Assembly (NCBI GenBank): GCA_021792255.1
Contig: JAJYUZ010000001.1
Location: forward strand, 192,001-256,000
From: Thermoplasmata archaeon
GTDB taxonomy: Archaea; Thermoplasmatota; Thermoplasmata; Thermoplasmatales; GCA-001856825
Length of the DNA stretch: 64,000 nucleotides
Reading direction: 5' to 3'
Numbering within the stretch: position 1 is the first letter of the stretch; the number at the start of each line of letters is the position of its first letter. A program made the translations under genes and the position numbers. This document shows, in pieces, positions 39,189 to 49,418 of this stretch. Below the pieces are notes generated by a model. It saw only the letters and a program-made list of their open reading frames with translations, did no database searches and was not told the DNA's origin.

Positions 39189-41081
39189 ATGGCCAAGATA
39201 TTTCACATTTTGGTGTCTCCGGATGATGCAAGGTCGGTTTTAGCGTCTCAACTCAGAAGAGTCGTACATCAAGAGTCGAGAGACATTTCTGAGGCGTCTG
39301 GTTACATCTCGGCGGAAGACATCTATTCTACAGAAGATGTTCCACCGTTTGATAGATCAGAAGTGGACGGGTACGCAGTTGACCACGGGTCATTATCGGG
39401 AGCTGAGGAGGATTCCCCTAGAGAACTCGAGATCGTTGGCGAAATAGAGATCGGAAAGAAACCGGAAATTGAAATTAAGAATGGAAAGACTGCATACATT
39501 TCTACTGGTTCCATGGTGCCGAGGGGAGCAGACTCCATTGTTATGGTTGAATATACTTCAAAGCGAGGCAATAGAGTCAGAGTATTTAGGTCTGTGTCTC
39601 CAGGGGAGAATATTGCCCATGCAGGATCGGACTTCTTTATGAGCGAACCTATATTAAGGAGAGGGAGCCTGATAACCCCAGAGAGTGTCTCCCTTCTTGC
39701 ATCCTCTGGAATTGACAAGATCCTAGTCTATAAAAAATTGAGGGTCGGAATCTTATCAACTGGAAACGAACTGGTCAACCCCGGACAACATCTAAAAGTG
39801 GGTGAAATCTTCGACAGCAACTCTTACTATTTCAAGGCATCACTGGAAGAGACAGGCTTTGCCGCCTGTTCCTTGCTCGGGACACTACCTGATGATGAAA
39901 CACGTATGGAGAAATTTATAAAGAGCAATATAGATAGATATGAAGCGCTCGTATCTTCGGGTTCAACGTCTGCAGGCTTTCACGATTTATTGTACCGAAT
40001 CATTGAAGACCTGGGCGGGAAGATGTTGTTTCACGGAATCTCAGTCAAGCCTGGAAAGCCGACCTTCGCTGCATCCTTCGGGAAAAGCGTCTTCTTGGGC
40101 ATGCCTGGATTCCCTCTTTCTGCTGGCTCCGTACTGAAGTACATAGTGATTCCGTCCCTCAGAGGTGCCTACAATGCCAATCAGGAACCGAAAATTCTAA
40201 TTTCCCTTCCGTTCAGAATAAACTCAGAAAAGGGAAAGGATCTGATTCTACCTGCGATAATCAGCAGGAGCGGAAGGGCGTACCCCATATTTGGAGAATC
40301 CGGCTCGATCAGCAGGCTCTCGTACGCAGATGGATTTATTGCTATCGATAATACCAAGAATTACTACGATCGGGACGATAAGGTTCCTTTCTTTCCGTTT
40401 AACAACAAGAAGAGAGACGTCCTGTTCATCGGATCCAACGATCCTCTTTTCGAAAGGGTATTATTCGATGCTTCAAATTCTCCTACTGTTATCAATGCTG
40501 GTTCTTGGGGAGGGGTTGAAGCGATCAAACTTGGAGAAGCAGATGTGACCGGGGTTCATTTGTTGAAGGGTAAACAATACAACACGTTCTTGCTTCAGGA
40601 ACGGGGTAGCGATGAATGGGTCCTAGTTAGGGGATTCTCAAGAACGCAAGGAATGATTTCGAGAGATGGAATCAAATCTTTCTCCCAAGTTGTCAGCAAG
40701 GATATGATTTTCGTGAATAGAAACAAGGGTTCTGGAACCAGAGACCTTATAGAGAGCGAAATAGAGAGGGAATTAGGCTCTAGGTTTGCGAAGGAGAAAA
40801 TTAGAGGCTATTTTTGGGAAGCCAAGAGTCACGCAGCGGTCGCAAAGGCAATTCATCAGGGAAGGGGAGACGTGGGGGTATCCATAGAGTTTTATGCGAC
40901 AATTCTAGACTTGAAGTTCCACAAGATTCGGGATGAGAACTATGACTTAATCATGCAGAAGGACTTCTATAGCTCGTCGCAGGGAAGGAAGCTAATATCA
41001 AAACTAAAGGAGTCGACCAGGTATTCAAAGGAATTTCCCGGCTACAGATTCCCAAAGAATATCGGGGAAATTTTATCGTGA
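39189..41081 (+). CDS. moeA: MoeA fused to a C-terminal periplasmic-binding-protein-like domain (probable start ATG 39189)
   Basis: MoeA motifs (SEVDGYA, STGNEL, KPGKP) followed by a PBP-like domain (GS.GG, VNRNKGSGTR, H.AVA). Confidence 0.9.
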   Translation: MAKIFHILVSPDDARSVLASQLRRVVHQESRDISEASGYISAEDIYSTEDVPPFDRSEVDGYAVDHGSLSGAEEDSPRELEIVGEIEIGKKPEIEIKNGKTAYISTGSMVPRGADSIVMVEYTSKRGNRVRVFRSVSPGENIAHAGSDFFMSEPILRRGSLITPESVSLLASSGIDKILVYKKLRVGILSTGNELVNPGQHLKVGEIFDSNSYYFKASLEETGFAACSLLGTLPDDETRMEKFIKSNIDRYEALVSSGSTSAGFHDLLYRIIEDLGGKMLFHGISVKPGKPTFAASFGKSVFLGMPGFPLSAGSVLKYIVIPSLRGAYNANQEPKILISLPFRINSEKGKDLILPAIISRSGRAYPIFGESGSISRLSYADGFIAIDNTKNYYDRDDKVPFFPFNNKKRDVLFIGSNDPLFERVLFDASNSPTVINAGSWGGVEAIKLGEADVTGVHLLKGKQYNTFLLQERGSDEWVLVRGFSRTQGMISRDGIKSFSQVVSKDMIFVNRNKGSGTRDLIESEIERELGSRFAKEKIRGYFWEAKSHAAVAKAIHQGRGDVGVSIEFYATILDLKFHKIRDENYDLIMQKDFYSSSQGRKLISKLKESTRYSKEFPGYRFPKNIGEILS

Positions 41082-41096
41082 GAAAACTGTGACCAG

Positions 41097-41570
41097 CTAT
41101 TCTTTATGCAGTTCGTGGTAGATATGACCCATCATAAAACTTATTGTTGAATACGCAGTCTTGGTCGCATCTGGAGACCCGGGTACGCAAAAGAGTTGTT
41201 TTTTGTCCTTAATGAATAGGGAGGAATTGGAAAGATATGCCAATCTTTCGTGGGACTCTGACCTAAATAATTCCCCAAATCCAATCATTTCCTTTTCAGA
41301 AATCTTCCTTAGGCTCTGAACAGTGACGTCTTTACTGCTGGGTCCGGTTCCCCCGACATATATGAACACATCATTGTCCCTGTTTGAGTAGTACGCATTC
41401 ACTATCTGCTCTTCGTCATCTTTGCAGATCAGCTTGCTCACAGTGTGAGAATCCTTGATGAACTCTCTTTTCAGGCTCTCTCCAGAAGAATCCGTTTCTT
41501 CTGTCCTGGAAGTTGAGACAGTGAGTATGAGAATCTTTAGCTTCTTGTCGAACCCTTCTTTGTGAACCAT
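41097..41570 (-). CDS. moaB: Molybdenum cofactor biosynthesis protein MoaB/MogA (probable start ATG 41570)
   Basis: Motifs TVSTSR..DSSG, GGTG..DVT, GFGELFR and PGS. Confidence 0.88.
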   Translation of the reverse strand: MVHKEGFDKKLKILILTVSTSRTEETDSSGESLKREFIKDSHTVSKLICKDDEEQIVNAYYSNRDNDVFIYVGGTGPSSKDVTVQSLRKISEKEMIGFGELFRSESHERLAYLSNSSLFIKDKKQLFCVPGSPDATKTAYSTISFMMGHIYHELHKE

Positions 41571-41581
41571 TTCTACACCAT

Positions 41582-42007
41582 TCATCCCTTTAATTTGCGG
41601 AGAACCCTGACACCCGAGATTTCTGTACCCCTGTACTGGCCCTTGTCATCCTTTTCTAGATACTTTACCATATCCCACACAGTTAAAAGCATAGAGTTGA
41701 CGCACATTAGAGATTCCATTTCTACACCTGTCTTGTAACGTGCCTTGACCGTGCAAGTGACCCTAACTCCGTCCTCTTCAACCTTCATAGACGGTTCCAC
41801 AGACTCCAAGGGTATTGGATGGCAGTGAGGGATCGCATTGGGGGTCAACTTCGCCCCGAGTATGCCTGCTACCTTTGATGCCTCGTCCACACCCCCTTTC
41901 TTGATATCGTTGTCTCTGATATTTCTGAGGGTAGATTCTTTAAGTCTAATGAACCCCTCTGCCTTGGCTTCTCTTTTTATTGCTTTCTTATTTCCAATGT
42001 CAATCAT
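41582..42007 (-). CDS. moaC: Cyclic pyranopterin monophosphate synthase
   Basis: Motifs MIDIGNK, IPHCHP, TGVEME and WDMVK. Confidence 0.95.
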   Translation of the reverse strand: MIDIGNKKAIKREAKAEGFIRLKESTLRNIRDNDIKKGGVDEASKVAGILGAKLTPNAIPHCHPIPLESVEPSMKVEEDGVRVTCTVKARYKTGVEMESLMCVNSMLLTVWDMVKYLEKDDKGQYRGTEISGVRVLRKLKG

Positions 42008-42262
42008 AAAGAACTGTCATTTGAAAATGAGATTTCTTATCTTAACGTTTTGGTAAGTTCAAGATTTAACTCAAGAGGGTCCACAACACTACTGTCTCCG
42101 GAGAGCAGGTCGGCTATCGACTCAACGATATCTCACACCACCATTAAGCTCTTGAAATCTGATTTCCTCTTGCAAATTAGAGCTGGTGTTTTTAAATCCC
42201 GAGCGATAATCTTAGGAATAGTTAAATAATAGTAGTTTCATAATCTTCGTTGAGGTGTTCTT

Positions 42263-43933
42263 TTGACAACAGATAAGACATCAGGAAATGTCACCAAAGC
42301 GGCAGTCGAAGAAACTGCGGTCAAATCTGACAAGAAACTTAAACGTGCCTTGTCAACCTGGGACCTATTGTTCCTAAGTCTTGGAGGAATAATTGGTTCT
42401 GGCTGGCTATTTGCCGCTTCTGGTGCAGCTGTTTTAGCGGGTCCAGGTGCAATTTTTGCTTGGATCATAGGAGGACTGATTGTTCTCGTGGTTGCGATCG
42501 TTTATGCAGAGTTAGGGGGAATGATCCCTAGGTCCGGAGCAATAGTAAGGTACGGACAGTATTCACATGGTTCTTTTGCAGGGTATCTTTTTGGATGGGC
42601 ATATTTCCTTTCGGCCGTGTCGGTTCCTGCCATAGAAGCCGAAGCCGTCATAACTTATGCTGGAACTTACATAAAGGGGCTGGTAGCTCCGAATGCAGTC
42701 CTGTCTGGACTAGGCATTCTACTTGCTGCCCTCCTAATGATATTCTTCTTCTTCCTGAACTACTTGGGAGTTAAAGTGATGGGAAAGACGAATACAGGGA
42801 TGACATGGTGGAAACTTATAATCCCGGTCGGAACGGTTCTGCTCTTGCTCGTTGTGCATTTCAACATAGGGAATTTCGCACTACATAACGGATTGGTGCC
42901 GTACGGTTGGGCGAACGTGTTTTCAGCAATCTCACTTTCAGGAATAGTATTCTCGTACTTGGGATTCAGACAGGCACTTGACTACGGAGGAGAAGCAAAG
43001 ACACCACAAAGATCTATACCGTTAGCGACAGTGGGTTCAGTGCTGATAGGAATAGCACTCTACACGATGCTTCAGGTCGTTTTCATTGGACAGGTTAACT
43101 GGGCCTCAATGGGAATAGTTGCCGGATCTTGGAGTTCACTTTCGGGAGGGGTCGTAACTGCTCCATTTGCCACACTTGCGTCGTCTGCAGGACTTGTAGC
43201 TTTGACGTACCTCCTATTCGCAGATGCTTACGTTTCTCCATCCGGAACTCTTAACGTTTACCTTGGAACTTCACAGAGAACGCTGTACGGGCTCGGAACT
43301 CTTGGATTCTTCCCAAAAGGCATGATCAAAATCCACGAAAAACACAGAATACCAGTTCTACCACTGCTCATCTCACTCGTCATAGGGTTCGTTTTCTTCG
43401 CGCCATTCCCAAGCTGGTACAAGATGGTCGGTTTCATAAGTTCCTCAACAGTCTTCACGTACATTGTCGGCGGGAGTGCCCTAATGACATTCAGAAAACA
43501 TGCTGCAGACTTCAAGAGACCATTCAAGCTTGGAGGAGCTTCGATTCTGTCCCCAATAGCCTTTATCGGTGCTTCTGAAATTGTTTACTGGAGTGGATGG
43601 CCCCTGGTGGGTTACCTAGCTGTAGCAATTGGTATCGGGCTGGTCGTTTGGGCGGTTATGGTCTACGGATTCAAAGCACCAGGCAAGTTCTCCGCCAAAG
43701 ATCTGAAGGCAGGAGCGTGGGTACCAGTCTATATGATCGTACTTGTCATTCTCTCTTACATAGGCGGAACTACGTTTGGTGGGATAGGAATACTTTCATT
43801 CCCTCTTGACCTGATAGTAGTCGCAGTTGTGGGCCTCATATTCTACTTCTGGTCCCTTGCAAGTGGCTACAGAACCGAGGACATTGAAGAAATAGCGACC
43901 CTGGGCACGCAGTATGTTTCCCAGGAGGAATGA
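42263..43933 (+). CDS. APC family amino acid permease
   Basis: Motifs GGIIGSGWLF, YAELG..P.SG and FSYLGFRQ; many TM helices; GAGGTG RBS. Confidence 0.92.
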   Translation: MTTDKTSGNVTKAAVEETAVKSDKKLKRALSTWDLLFLSLGGIIGSGWLFAASGAAVLAGPGAIFAWIIGGLIVLVVAIVYAELGGMIPRSGAIVRYGQYSHGSFAGYLFGWAYFLSAVSVPAIEAEAVITYAGTYIKGLVAPNAVLSGLGILLAALLMIFFFFLNYLGVKVMGKTNTGMTWWKLIIPVGTVLLLLVVHFNIGNFALHNGLVPYGWANVFSAISLSGIVFSYLGFRQALDYGGEAKTPQRSIPLATVGSVLIGIALYTMLQVVFIGQVNWASMGIVAGSWSSLSGGVVTAPFATLASSAGLVALTYLLFADAYVSPSGTLNVYLGTSQRTLYGLGTLGFFPKGMIKIHEKHRIPVLPLLISLVIGFVFFAPFPSWYKMVGFISSSTVFTYIVGGSALMTFRKHAADFKRPFKLGGASILSPIAFIGASEIVYWSGWPLVGYLAVAIGIGLVVWAVMVYGFKAPGKFSAKDLKAGAWVPVYMIVLVILSYIGGTTFGGIGILSFPLDLIVVAVVGLIFYFWSLASGYRTEDIEEIATLGTQYVSQEE

Positions 43934-43969
43934 GCCAACTAAGAGAGAGTTGAAGAAAACAATCAGCAA

Positions 43970-44000
43970 CTCCTTTTTTCTTTTTTTTACTATCTTTTCC
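43970..44000 (+). terminator. Oligo-T tract terminator after the APC permease
   Basis: Pyrimidine/T run (TTTTTTCTTTTTTTT) about 40 nt after the stop, typical of archaeal terminators. Confidence 0.5.
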
Positions 44001-44115
44001 CCTAATGAATGTTTTCAGTTGCTCTTGCAATAACCCTTTAAGCTGGCTTAATTTTTTACTTCAAGTGCATTGGCGTACGATAATTTAATTATTATATGTC
44101 GTAATCCATTGACAG

Positions 44116-46086
44116 ATGGAAGAAGCTGTTAGGAAACAGAAACTGTTTATCAGAAAAGTGGTTTCCCTATCTGCTGCGGGGGTCTTTTTGGACGGATATG
44201 ATCTCTTCATCATTTCTGTAGTTCTTATTTATGTTAAATCCCAGAACTGGATAGCGACCGGGGACTCAGGTGCTCTTCAGCAGGGGCTTCTGACGTCCAG
44301 TGCGCTGATAGGCATGTTTGTCGGAGCACTCTTCCTAGGAGGGTATGCCGACAGGGTCGGAAGAAGAACGCTTTATGTGATTGATCTGATATTCTTCGTC
44401 TTCTTTGGGTTCCTTACTGCACTTTCTTCAAACGTCACTGAGCTCATTATTTTCCGCTTTTTGCTCGGTATTGGGATAGGGGCAGACTACCCGATCTCCT
44501 CCACGTATGTTGCAGAATTCTCACCGAGGCAGCAGAGAGGCAAGCTCATAACGACAACCTTCATGTTTTGGGGAATAGGTTCGTTGATAGCTGCCGTTAT
44601 AGGATTCACCTTTGGGCGATTCGAATTTGTAAATCTTTTTGGAACACAAGTAGCCACTTGGAGAATTATGCTGGCATCTGGAGTAGTACCTGCCGTCGTC
44701 GTTCTCTTCCTGAGACATTCAATGCCTGAGTCACCGAGATGGTTACTGGCAAACAACAAAGTTGAAAAGGCAAAGAAGGTAATAGAAGAGATTAAAGCAA
44801 AATACTACCTGGACTACAGCAAGGATCTTTCCCAGGTAGAGCCAGAACGAAAAGGCAGGATATCGGAACTGTTGAACAGTGCCTACAGGAAAAGAACCCT
44901 GTTTTCTTGGGTCCCCTGGTTCTTCATGGATATCGGCGTATACGGAGTAGGTATCTCGATTCCACTGATCCTCGTTTCTATTGGTTTTAAGGGCAGCACC
45001 ATTCTGGATAAGGTTCATGCAATTCTAGGAACGATAATTATAGATGTATTCGTACTAGTGGGTTTCGTCGTTGCGGTTTTCATTATTGAAAGGATAGGCA
45101 GGCTTAGGCTGCAGGAGATCGGATTTCTAGGCATGGCGTTTGCCTCCCTCGCCTTCTCTATTTACTACGGGTACGGTATCTATCTGATGATGGCAATTCT
45201 CATACTGTTCGAATTCTTTGAAAACATGGGGCCCAACGTAACGACGTGGATCGTTCCGACTGAGATATTTCCTACACGTCTCAGGGCCACTGCACAGGGT
45301 ACTTCTTCTGCGTTCAGTCGACTAGGTGCCATCTTCGGTACCTTTACGTTCCCTCTATTCGTTCTCTATTACGGTTGGCACACCACTTTCCTCATCATAT
45401 TCTTCTTTATGATACTGGGCGCTCTGTCTACGTGGATACTCGGGATGGAGCCAAAGGGGTTATCACTGGAAGAGTCCTCCCTAGTGTTTCTGGAATTCTC
45501 AAAATATCTTGAGAGGCTGGGTGAAAAGGTCGAGAAAGCTTCGCAAGAACTCTTTGAAATGATAGTAAAGTACGATAACCTTCCGGCGAGGGCGGAATCG
45601 ATAAAATCCTTGGAGCACGAAGCCGACGAAATCGTTCACCAAATTTATGATAGAGTAAATCACATGCCAAAGCCTCTCGAATCCGTGGATGTGGGCAGCT
45701 TGGCAACCAAGTACGACGATATCCTCGACTTTATGGATGGTGTTTCGAAAAGATTGTCTCTCTTTAAGGTCAGAAAGACAGGGGAGATGGAGGACTTTGC
45801 AAAGGTCATACTGGCATCGGTTGCTGAGGTCACAACGGCTTTCAGGCTCTTCGGAAATTTTACCGAGAGCGATTCGTCTGAGATCAGGAGGGAAATCGTC
45901 AAGATAAATGAGCTCGAAAACAAAGCGGATGATATTCTCGAGAACTCTTACAGCACTCTGTTTGACTCCAAAGATCCTATAGAAGTCGTAAAGTTAAAGG
46001 AAATATATGAGCATATGGAAACGGTCACCGATAAATGCGAAGACGTGTCTGATATATTCAATGACCTGATCATAAAGTACACCTGA
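44116..46086 (+). CDS. MFS (Pho84/PHS-like) transporter fused to a C-terminal DUF47/PhoU-like domain
   Basis: MFS motifs DGYD, DRVGRR, GADYP, PESPRW and E.FPTR.R; then LEHEADE, DDILD, ENKAD and E..TDKCEDV (DUF47), all in one uninterrupted frame. Confidence 0.85.
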   Translation: MEEAVRKQKLFIRKVVSLSAAGVFLDGYDLFIISVVLIYVKSQNWIATGDSGALQQGLLTSSALIGMFVGALFLGGYADRVGRRTLYVIDLIFFVFFGFLTALSSNVTELIIFRFLLGIGIGADYPISSTYVAEFSPRQQRGKLITTTFMFWGIGSLIAAVIGFTFGRFEFVNLFGTQVATWRIMLASGVVPAVVVLFLRHSMPESPRWLLANNKVEKAKKVIEEIKAKYYLDYSKDLSQVEPERKGRISELLNSAYRKRTLFSWVPWFFMDIGVYGVGISIPLILVSIGFKGSTILDKVHAILGTIIIDVFVLVGFVVAVFIIERIGRLRLQEIGFLGMAFASLAFSIYYGYGIYLMMAILILFEFFENMGPNVTTWIVPTEIFPTRLRATAQGTSSAFSRLGAIFGTFTFPLFVLYYGWHTTFLIIFFFMILGALSTWILGMEPKGLSLEESSLVFLEFSKYLERLGEKVEKASQELFEMIVKYDNLPARAESIKSLEHEADEIVHQIYDRVNHMPKPLESVDVGSLATKYDDILDFMDGVSKRLSLFKVRKTGEMEDFAKVILASVAEVTTAFRLFGNFTESDSSEIRREIVKINELENKADDILENSYSTLFDSKDPIEVVKLKEIYEHMETVTDKCEDVSDIFNDLIIKYT

Positions 46087-46122
46087 TTGTCAAGTTTATC
46101 TATCAAGATTATATCCGTAAAC

Positions 46123-46350
46123 ATGGTAGAACTTAGGATCACAGTAACTCTCAAGAAGACGGTAGAAGATTCGGAGGGAGGTTCGGTCCTAAAAGCGCTC
46201 AAATTACTTGGGTATGACAACGTAAAAGACGTAAGAGCGGGAAAGGTCTACTTCATTACCTTGAGTAAAGGCAATAGACAAACCGGCAGAGAATTCTGTG
46301 AGAAATTGCTCGCAAATCCAGTGATCAATGAGTGTGTGGTTGATGAATGA
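46123..46350 (+). CDS. purS: Phosphoribosylformylglycinamidine synthase subunit PurS (probable start ATG 46123)
   Basis: Motifs DSEG, VRAGK and LLANPVI; immediately upstream of purL. Confidence 0.9.
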   Translation: MVELRITVTLKKTVEDSEGGSVLKALKLLGYDNVKDVRAGKVYFITLSKGNRQTGREFCEKLLANPVINECVVDE

Positions 46351-48607
46351 GGAGAGGGCAAGGGAAGAGGTTCCTATTCTTGGTAAGTCTGTAGCAGAGC
46401 TCTCTAAAATTTCTAAACAAATGCACCTCGGCCTCTCGACTGATGAGATGTCAAGAATCGGGTCGTATTTTGAAAAAGAGGGGAGAGAGCCTACCGATGT
46501 TGAAATACAGGCCATAGCTCAGGCCTGGAGTGAGCACTGCAGTTACAAGAGCTCTAAGGTTCATCTAAAAAAGTACATTTTTGGAATTGGGAGGGAAAAG
46601 ATAGTGGCAGAGGGAGATGCTGGGTTGGTGTCCCTGGACGACGATACCGCTATTTCGTTCAAGATCGAAAGCCACAACCATCCCTCTGCAATTGAACCAT
46701 ATGGGGGGGCTGCAACAGGGGTAGGAGGGATTCTAAGAGACGTACTCAGCATGGGTGCGCAGCCGATAGCTGTGACCGATGTTTTATATTTTGGAACCAA
46801 GAGCGTCAAGGGCTTTCCGTCTCCTAAATTTATAGAAAGCGGAGTAATTTCTGGAATCAGGGACTACGGAAACCGGGTTGGAATCCCGACGGTCTCGGGA
46901 GGAATCGTCTATTCAGATTTCTTTTCACCCAATGTACTGGTGAATGTTGGATGCGTAGGAGTTGTTGATAAGCGAAAGATCATATCATCGGCCATATCTA
47001 AACCCGGCATCAAGCTAATAATTGCTGGAGGCAAGACGGGTAGAGATGGGATCCATGGTGTGAACATGGCTTCGGCCGTTATGGAAATTGGGGAAGAAGA
47101 TGTGACCACAGTTCAGTTAGGTAGTCCTATCACCAAGGAACCCCTCATTCACGCCGTGCTTGAGGCAAACGACAGGGGATTGATTTATGCACTAAAGGAC
47201 CTCGGAGGTGGAGGCCTCAGCAGCGTCGTTGGGGAGATGCTTCAATCAGGCGGTGTTGGAGGGAAAGTATTCCTGGAAAAGGTGCTCTTGAAAGAAAAGA
47301 GCATGAGACCATGGGAAATATGGATCTCGGAAAGTCAAGAGAGGATGCTTCTCGCAGTAAGAGAGGATCAGGTCAACTCCGTTCTGGAAATTATGGACAG
47401 CTGGGATGTGACATCTGCCGTAATTGGTGAAAGCGAGGCGGGAAAGAGGCTAAGGATCTTTTTCGAGGGAAAGAGCGTACTTGATCTCGATACAAATTTC
47501 ATGACTTCTCCAATGCTATACGAGAGACCGTCGTTGGTAAAGGAAAAACAAGTGATCCAGTGGCTTCCCAAGTACCCAACGGATTTTAGAAGAATTCTCA
47601 GGAATATGCTCTCCGATAAGAACGTCAGAACGAAGGAGTATGCAGTCAGGCAATACGATCACACTGTCAGGGGGAGTACCGTGATAGGACCGTTCACAGG
47701 AATAGTGGGAAGAGAAGGGCCATCTGATGCATCGGTAATTAGACCCAACTGGAGTAAAGAGACAGGGGTCGCAATCTCTCACGGATCTAATCCATTCTAC
47801 TCTTATATCGACCCCTATTTAGGCGGAAGGGCTGCAGTTGATGAAACGGTAAGAAACTTAATATCCGTAGGATCGGAACCTCTCGGATTTTCGGACTGCC
47901 TCAATTCAGGAAATCCAGAAAATCCAGAAATAATGGGAGAATTTATTGATATGGTCAGGGGACTTCACGATTCGGCCTATGCCCTAAATTTACCATTCGT
48001 CTCAGGGAATGTCTCCTTTTACAATGAGGCTGGTAGGAGACGGATTCCAACGTTCCCGACCATTCTCGGGGTGGGTAAAGTGGAGAATATAGAACGCTCA
48101 GTCACTCCCGATTTAAAGGGAATAGGGAATGCAGTTTATTTGGTCGGAGTCCCGACCACCGATATGGGAGGCTCGTTGTACTACAGACACCTAAAATTGG
48201 ACGGAGGAAGGGTACCATATTCTGATCCTGTGACACTTAAGAGAAGAGGCTGGAACCTGTTAAAAGCGATTCGGTCGTCTTGCATTAAATCGGTACACGA
48301 CGTTTCAGATGGGGGGATCGCGGTAGCGATTTCTGAAATGACCGTCGGGTCCGGAATAGGTGCTACTATAGATGTTGCTCCTCTTGGCCTCAGAAATGAT
48401 TTTGCGATATTTTCAGAGCCTCAATCAAGCTGGGTCGTAGAAGTTGGAGAGGATAGGGAAGAAGAATTTGTCAAGATTCTTGGGGATGACACGATATATA
48501 TTGGAAGGACACAGGATGCTAGATTTACCGTTGCCAGAGGAGAGGAGAGCGTGCTCGATGTAGATTTAGAATCTATTCTAAAGAACTGGAAGAAGGGTTA
48601 CAGATGA
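46343..48607 (+). CDS. purL: Phosphoribosylformylglycinamidine synthase subunit PurL (probable start ATG 46343)
   Basis: Motifs WSEHCSYK, ESHNHPS, GAATGVGG, SESQERM, GNVSFYN and HDVSDGG. Confidence 0.96.
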   Translation: MNEERAREEVPILGKSVAELSKISKQMHLGLSTDEMSRIGSYFEKEGREPTDVEIQAIAQAWSEHCSYKSSKVHLKKYIFGIGREKIVAEGDAGLVSLDDDTAISFKIESHNHPSAIEPYGGAATGVGGILRDVLSMGAQPIAVTDVLYFGTKSVKGFPSPKFIESGVISGIRDYGNRVGIPTVSGGIVYSDFFSPNVLVNVGCVGVVDKRKIISSAISKPGIKLIIAGGKTGRDGIHGVNMASAVMEIGEEDVTTVQLGSPITKEPLIHAVLEANDRGLIYALKDLGGGGLSSVVGEMLQSGGVGGKVFLEKVLLKEKSMRPWEIWISESQERMLLAVREDQVNSVLEIMDSWDVTSAVIGESEAGKRLRIFFEGKSVLDLDTNFMTSPMLYERPSLVKEKQVIQWLPKYPTDFRRILRNMLSDKNVRTKEYAVRQYDHTVRGSTVIGPFTGIVGREGPSDASVIRPNWSKETGVAISHGSNPFYSYIDPYLGGRAAVDETVRNLISVGSEPLGFSDCLNSGNPENPEIMGEFIDMVRGLHDSAYALNLPFVSGNVSFYNEAGRRRIPTFPTILGVGKVENIERSVTPDLKGIGNAVYLVGVPTTDMGGSLYYRHLKLDGGRVPYSDPVTLKRRGWNLLKAIRSSCIKSVHDVSDGGIAVAISEMTVGSGIGATIDVAPLGLRNDFAIFSEPQSSWVVEVGEDREEEFVKILGDDTIYIGRTQDARFTVARGEESVLDVDLESILKNWKKGYR

Positions 48608-49395
48608 ACAGAGAGATCAATGTCGCAATATTAACAATGGAAGGCACCAACAACGAGGAGGAAGCATATCTCTCTTTCAGATTCTCTGGAACGTCCCCTG
48701 AAATAGTGCACTTGAAAAAGTTGGAAAATAGAGATAAGAAACTGAGCAACTACGACATTCTTTTTTTTCCAGGCGGGTTTTCTGCCGGGGACTATGTCAG
48801 GGCGGGAGCTGTGATGGCTGCGAGATTAAAATCTAGCCTGATGAAGGATCTGGAGGAATTCGTGGAGAGCGGAAAACCAGTAATGGGATCCTGCAACGGG
48901 TTTCAAGTCTTAGTAGAGTTGGGCCTGATCCCCAACGTAAATGGAGATTATGCCCTAGAAGCCGCTCTCGCACCGAACATTTCGAACAGATTTGAGGCGA
49001 GAACAGTTTATCTGAAAGTAGACAAGGGAAATTGTCTTTTTTTGAGGGAATTTGAAGATAACGAAATTATAAAACTGCCTATCGCTCACTCTGAGGGAAG
49101 GTTTGTTCCAAAGGACAAAGAGATTCTCGATAAGATAATAAAGAGCAGAATGAACGTTATTTCCTACGTAGACAGCAGAGGAAGGCAAGCTAAATACCCC
49201 TGGAATCCCAATGGGTCTGAGCGAAACATAGCAGGCGTCTGTAACAAACGGGGAAACGTTCTGGGAGTAATGCCACACCCAGAGAGGGTGTTTTACCGGT
49301 ACACGGAATCAGACTGGACGCGAGAAAACAGCAAAACTGGAATGGGAAACCCTTTCTTCAGAGGCGCAGTTCAATTTTTAAGAGAAAAATATTAA
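48604..49395 (+). CDS. purQ: Phosphoribosylformylglycinamidine synthase subunit PurQ
   Basis: Motifs PGGFSAGD, CNGFQ, NPNGS and MPHPER. Confidence 0.96.
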   Translation: MNREINVAILTMEGTNNEEEAYLSFRFSGTSPEIVHLKKLENRDKKLSNYDILFFPGGFSAGDYVRAGAVMAARLKSSLMKDLEEFVESGKPVMGSCNGFQVLVELGLIPNVNGDYALEAALAPNISNRFEARTVYLKVDKGNCLFLREFEDNEIIKLPIAHSEGRFVPKDKEILDKIIKSRMNVISYVDSRGRQAKYPWNPNGSERNIAGVCNKRGNVLGVMPHPERVFYRYTESDWTRENSKTGMGNPFFRGAVQFLREKY

Positions 49396-49418
49396 TTGAT
49401 TTAGTCATACCGTTTCCA

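Noticed and set aside
37993-41081. Tandem moeA genes, one with a PBP-like domain
   Set aside because: A common archaeal arrangement.
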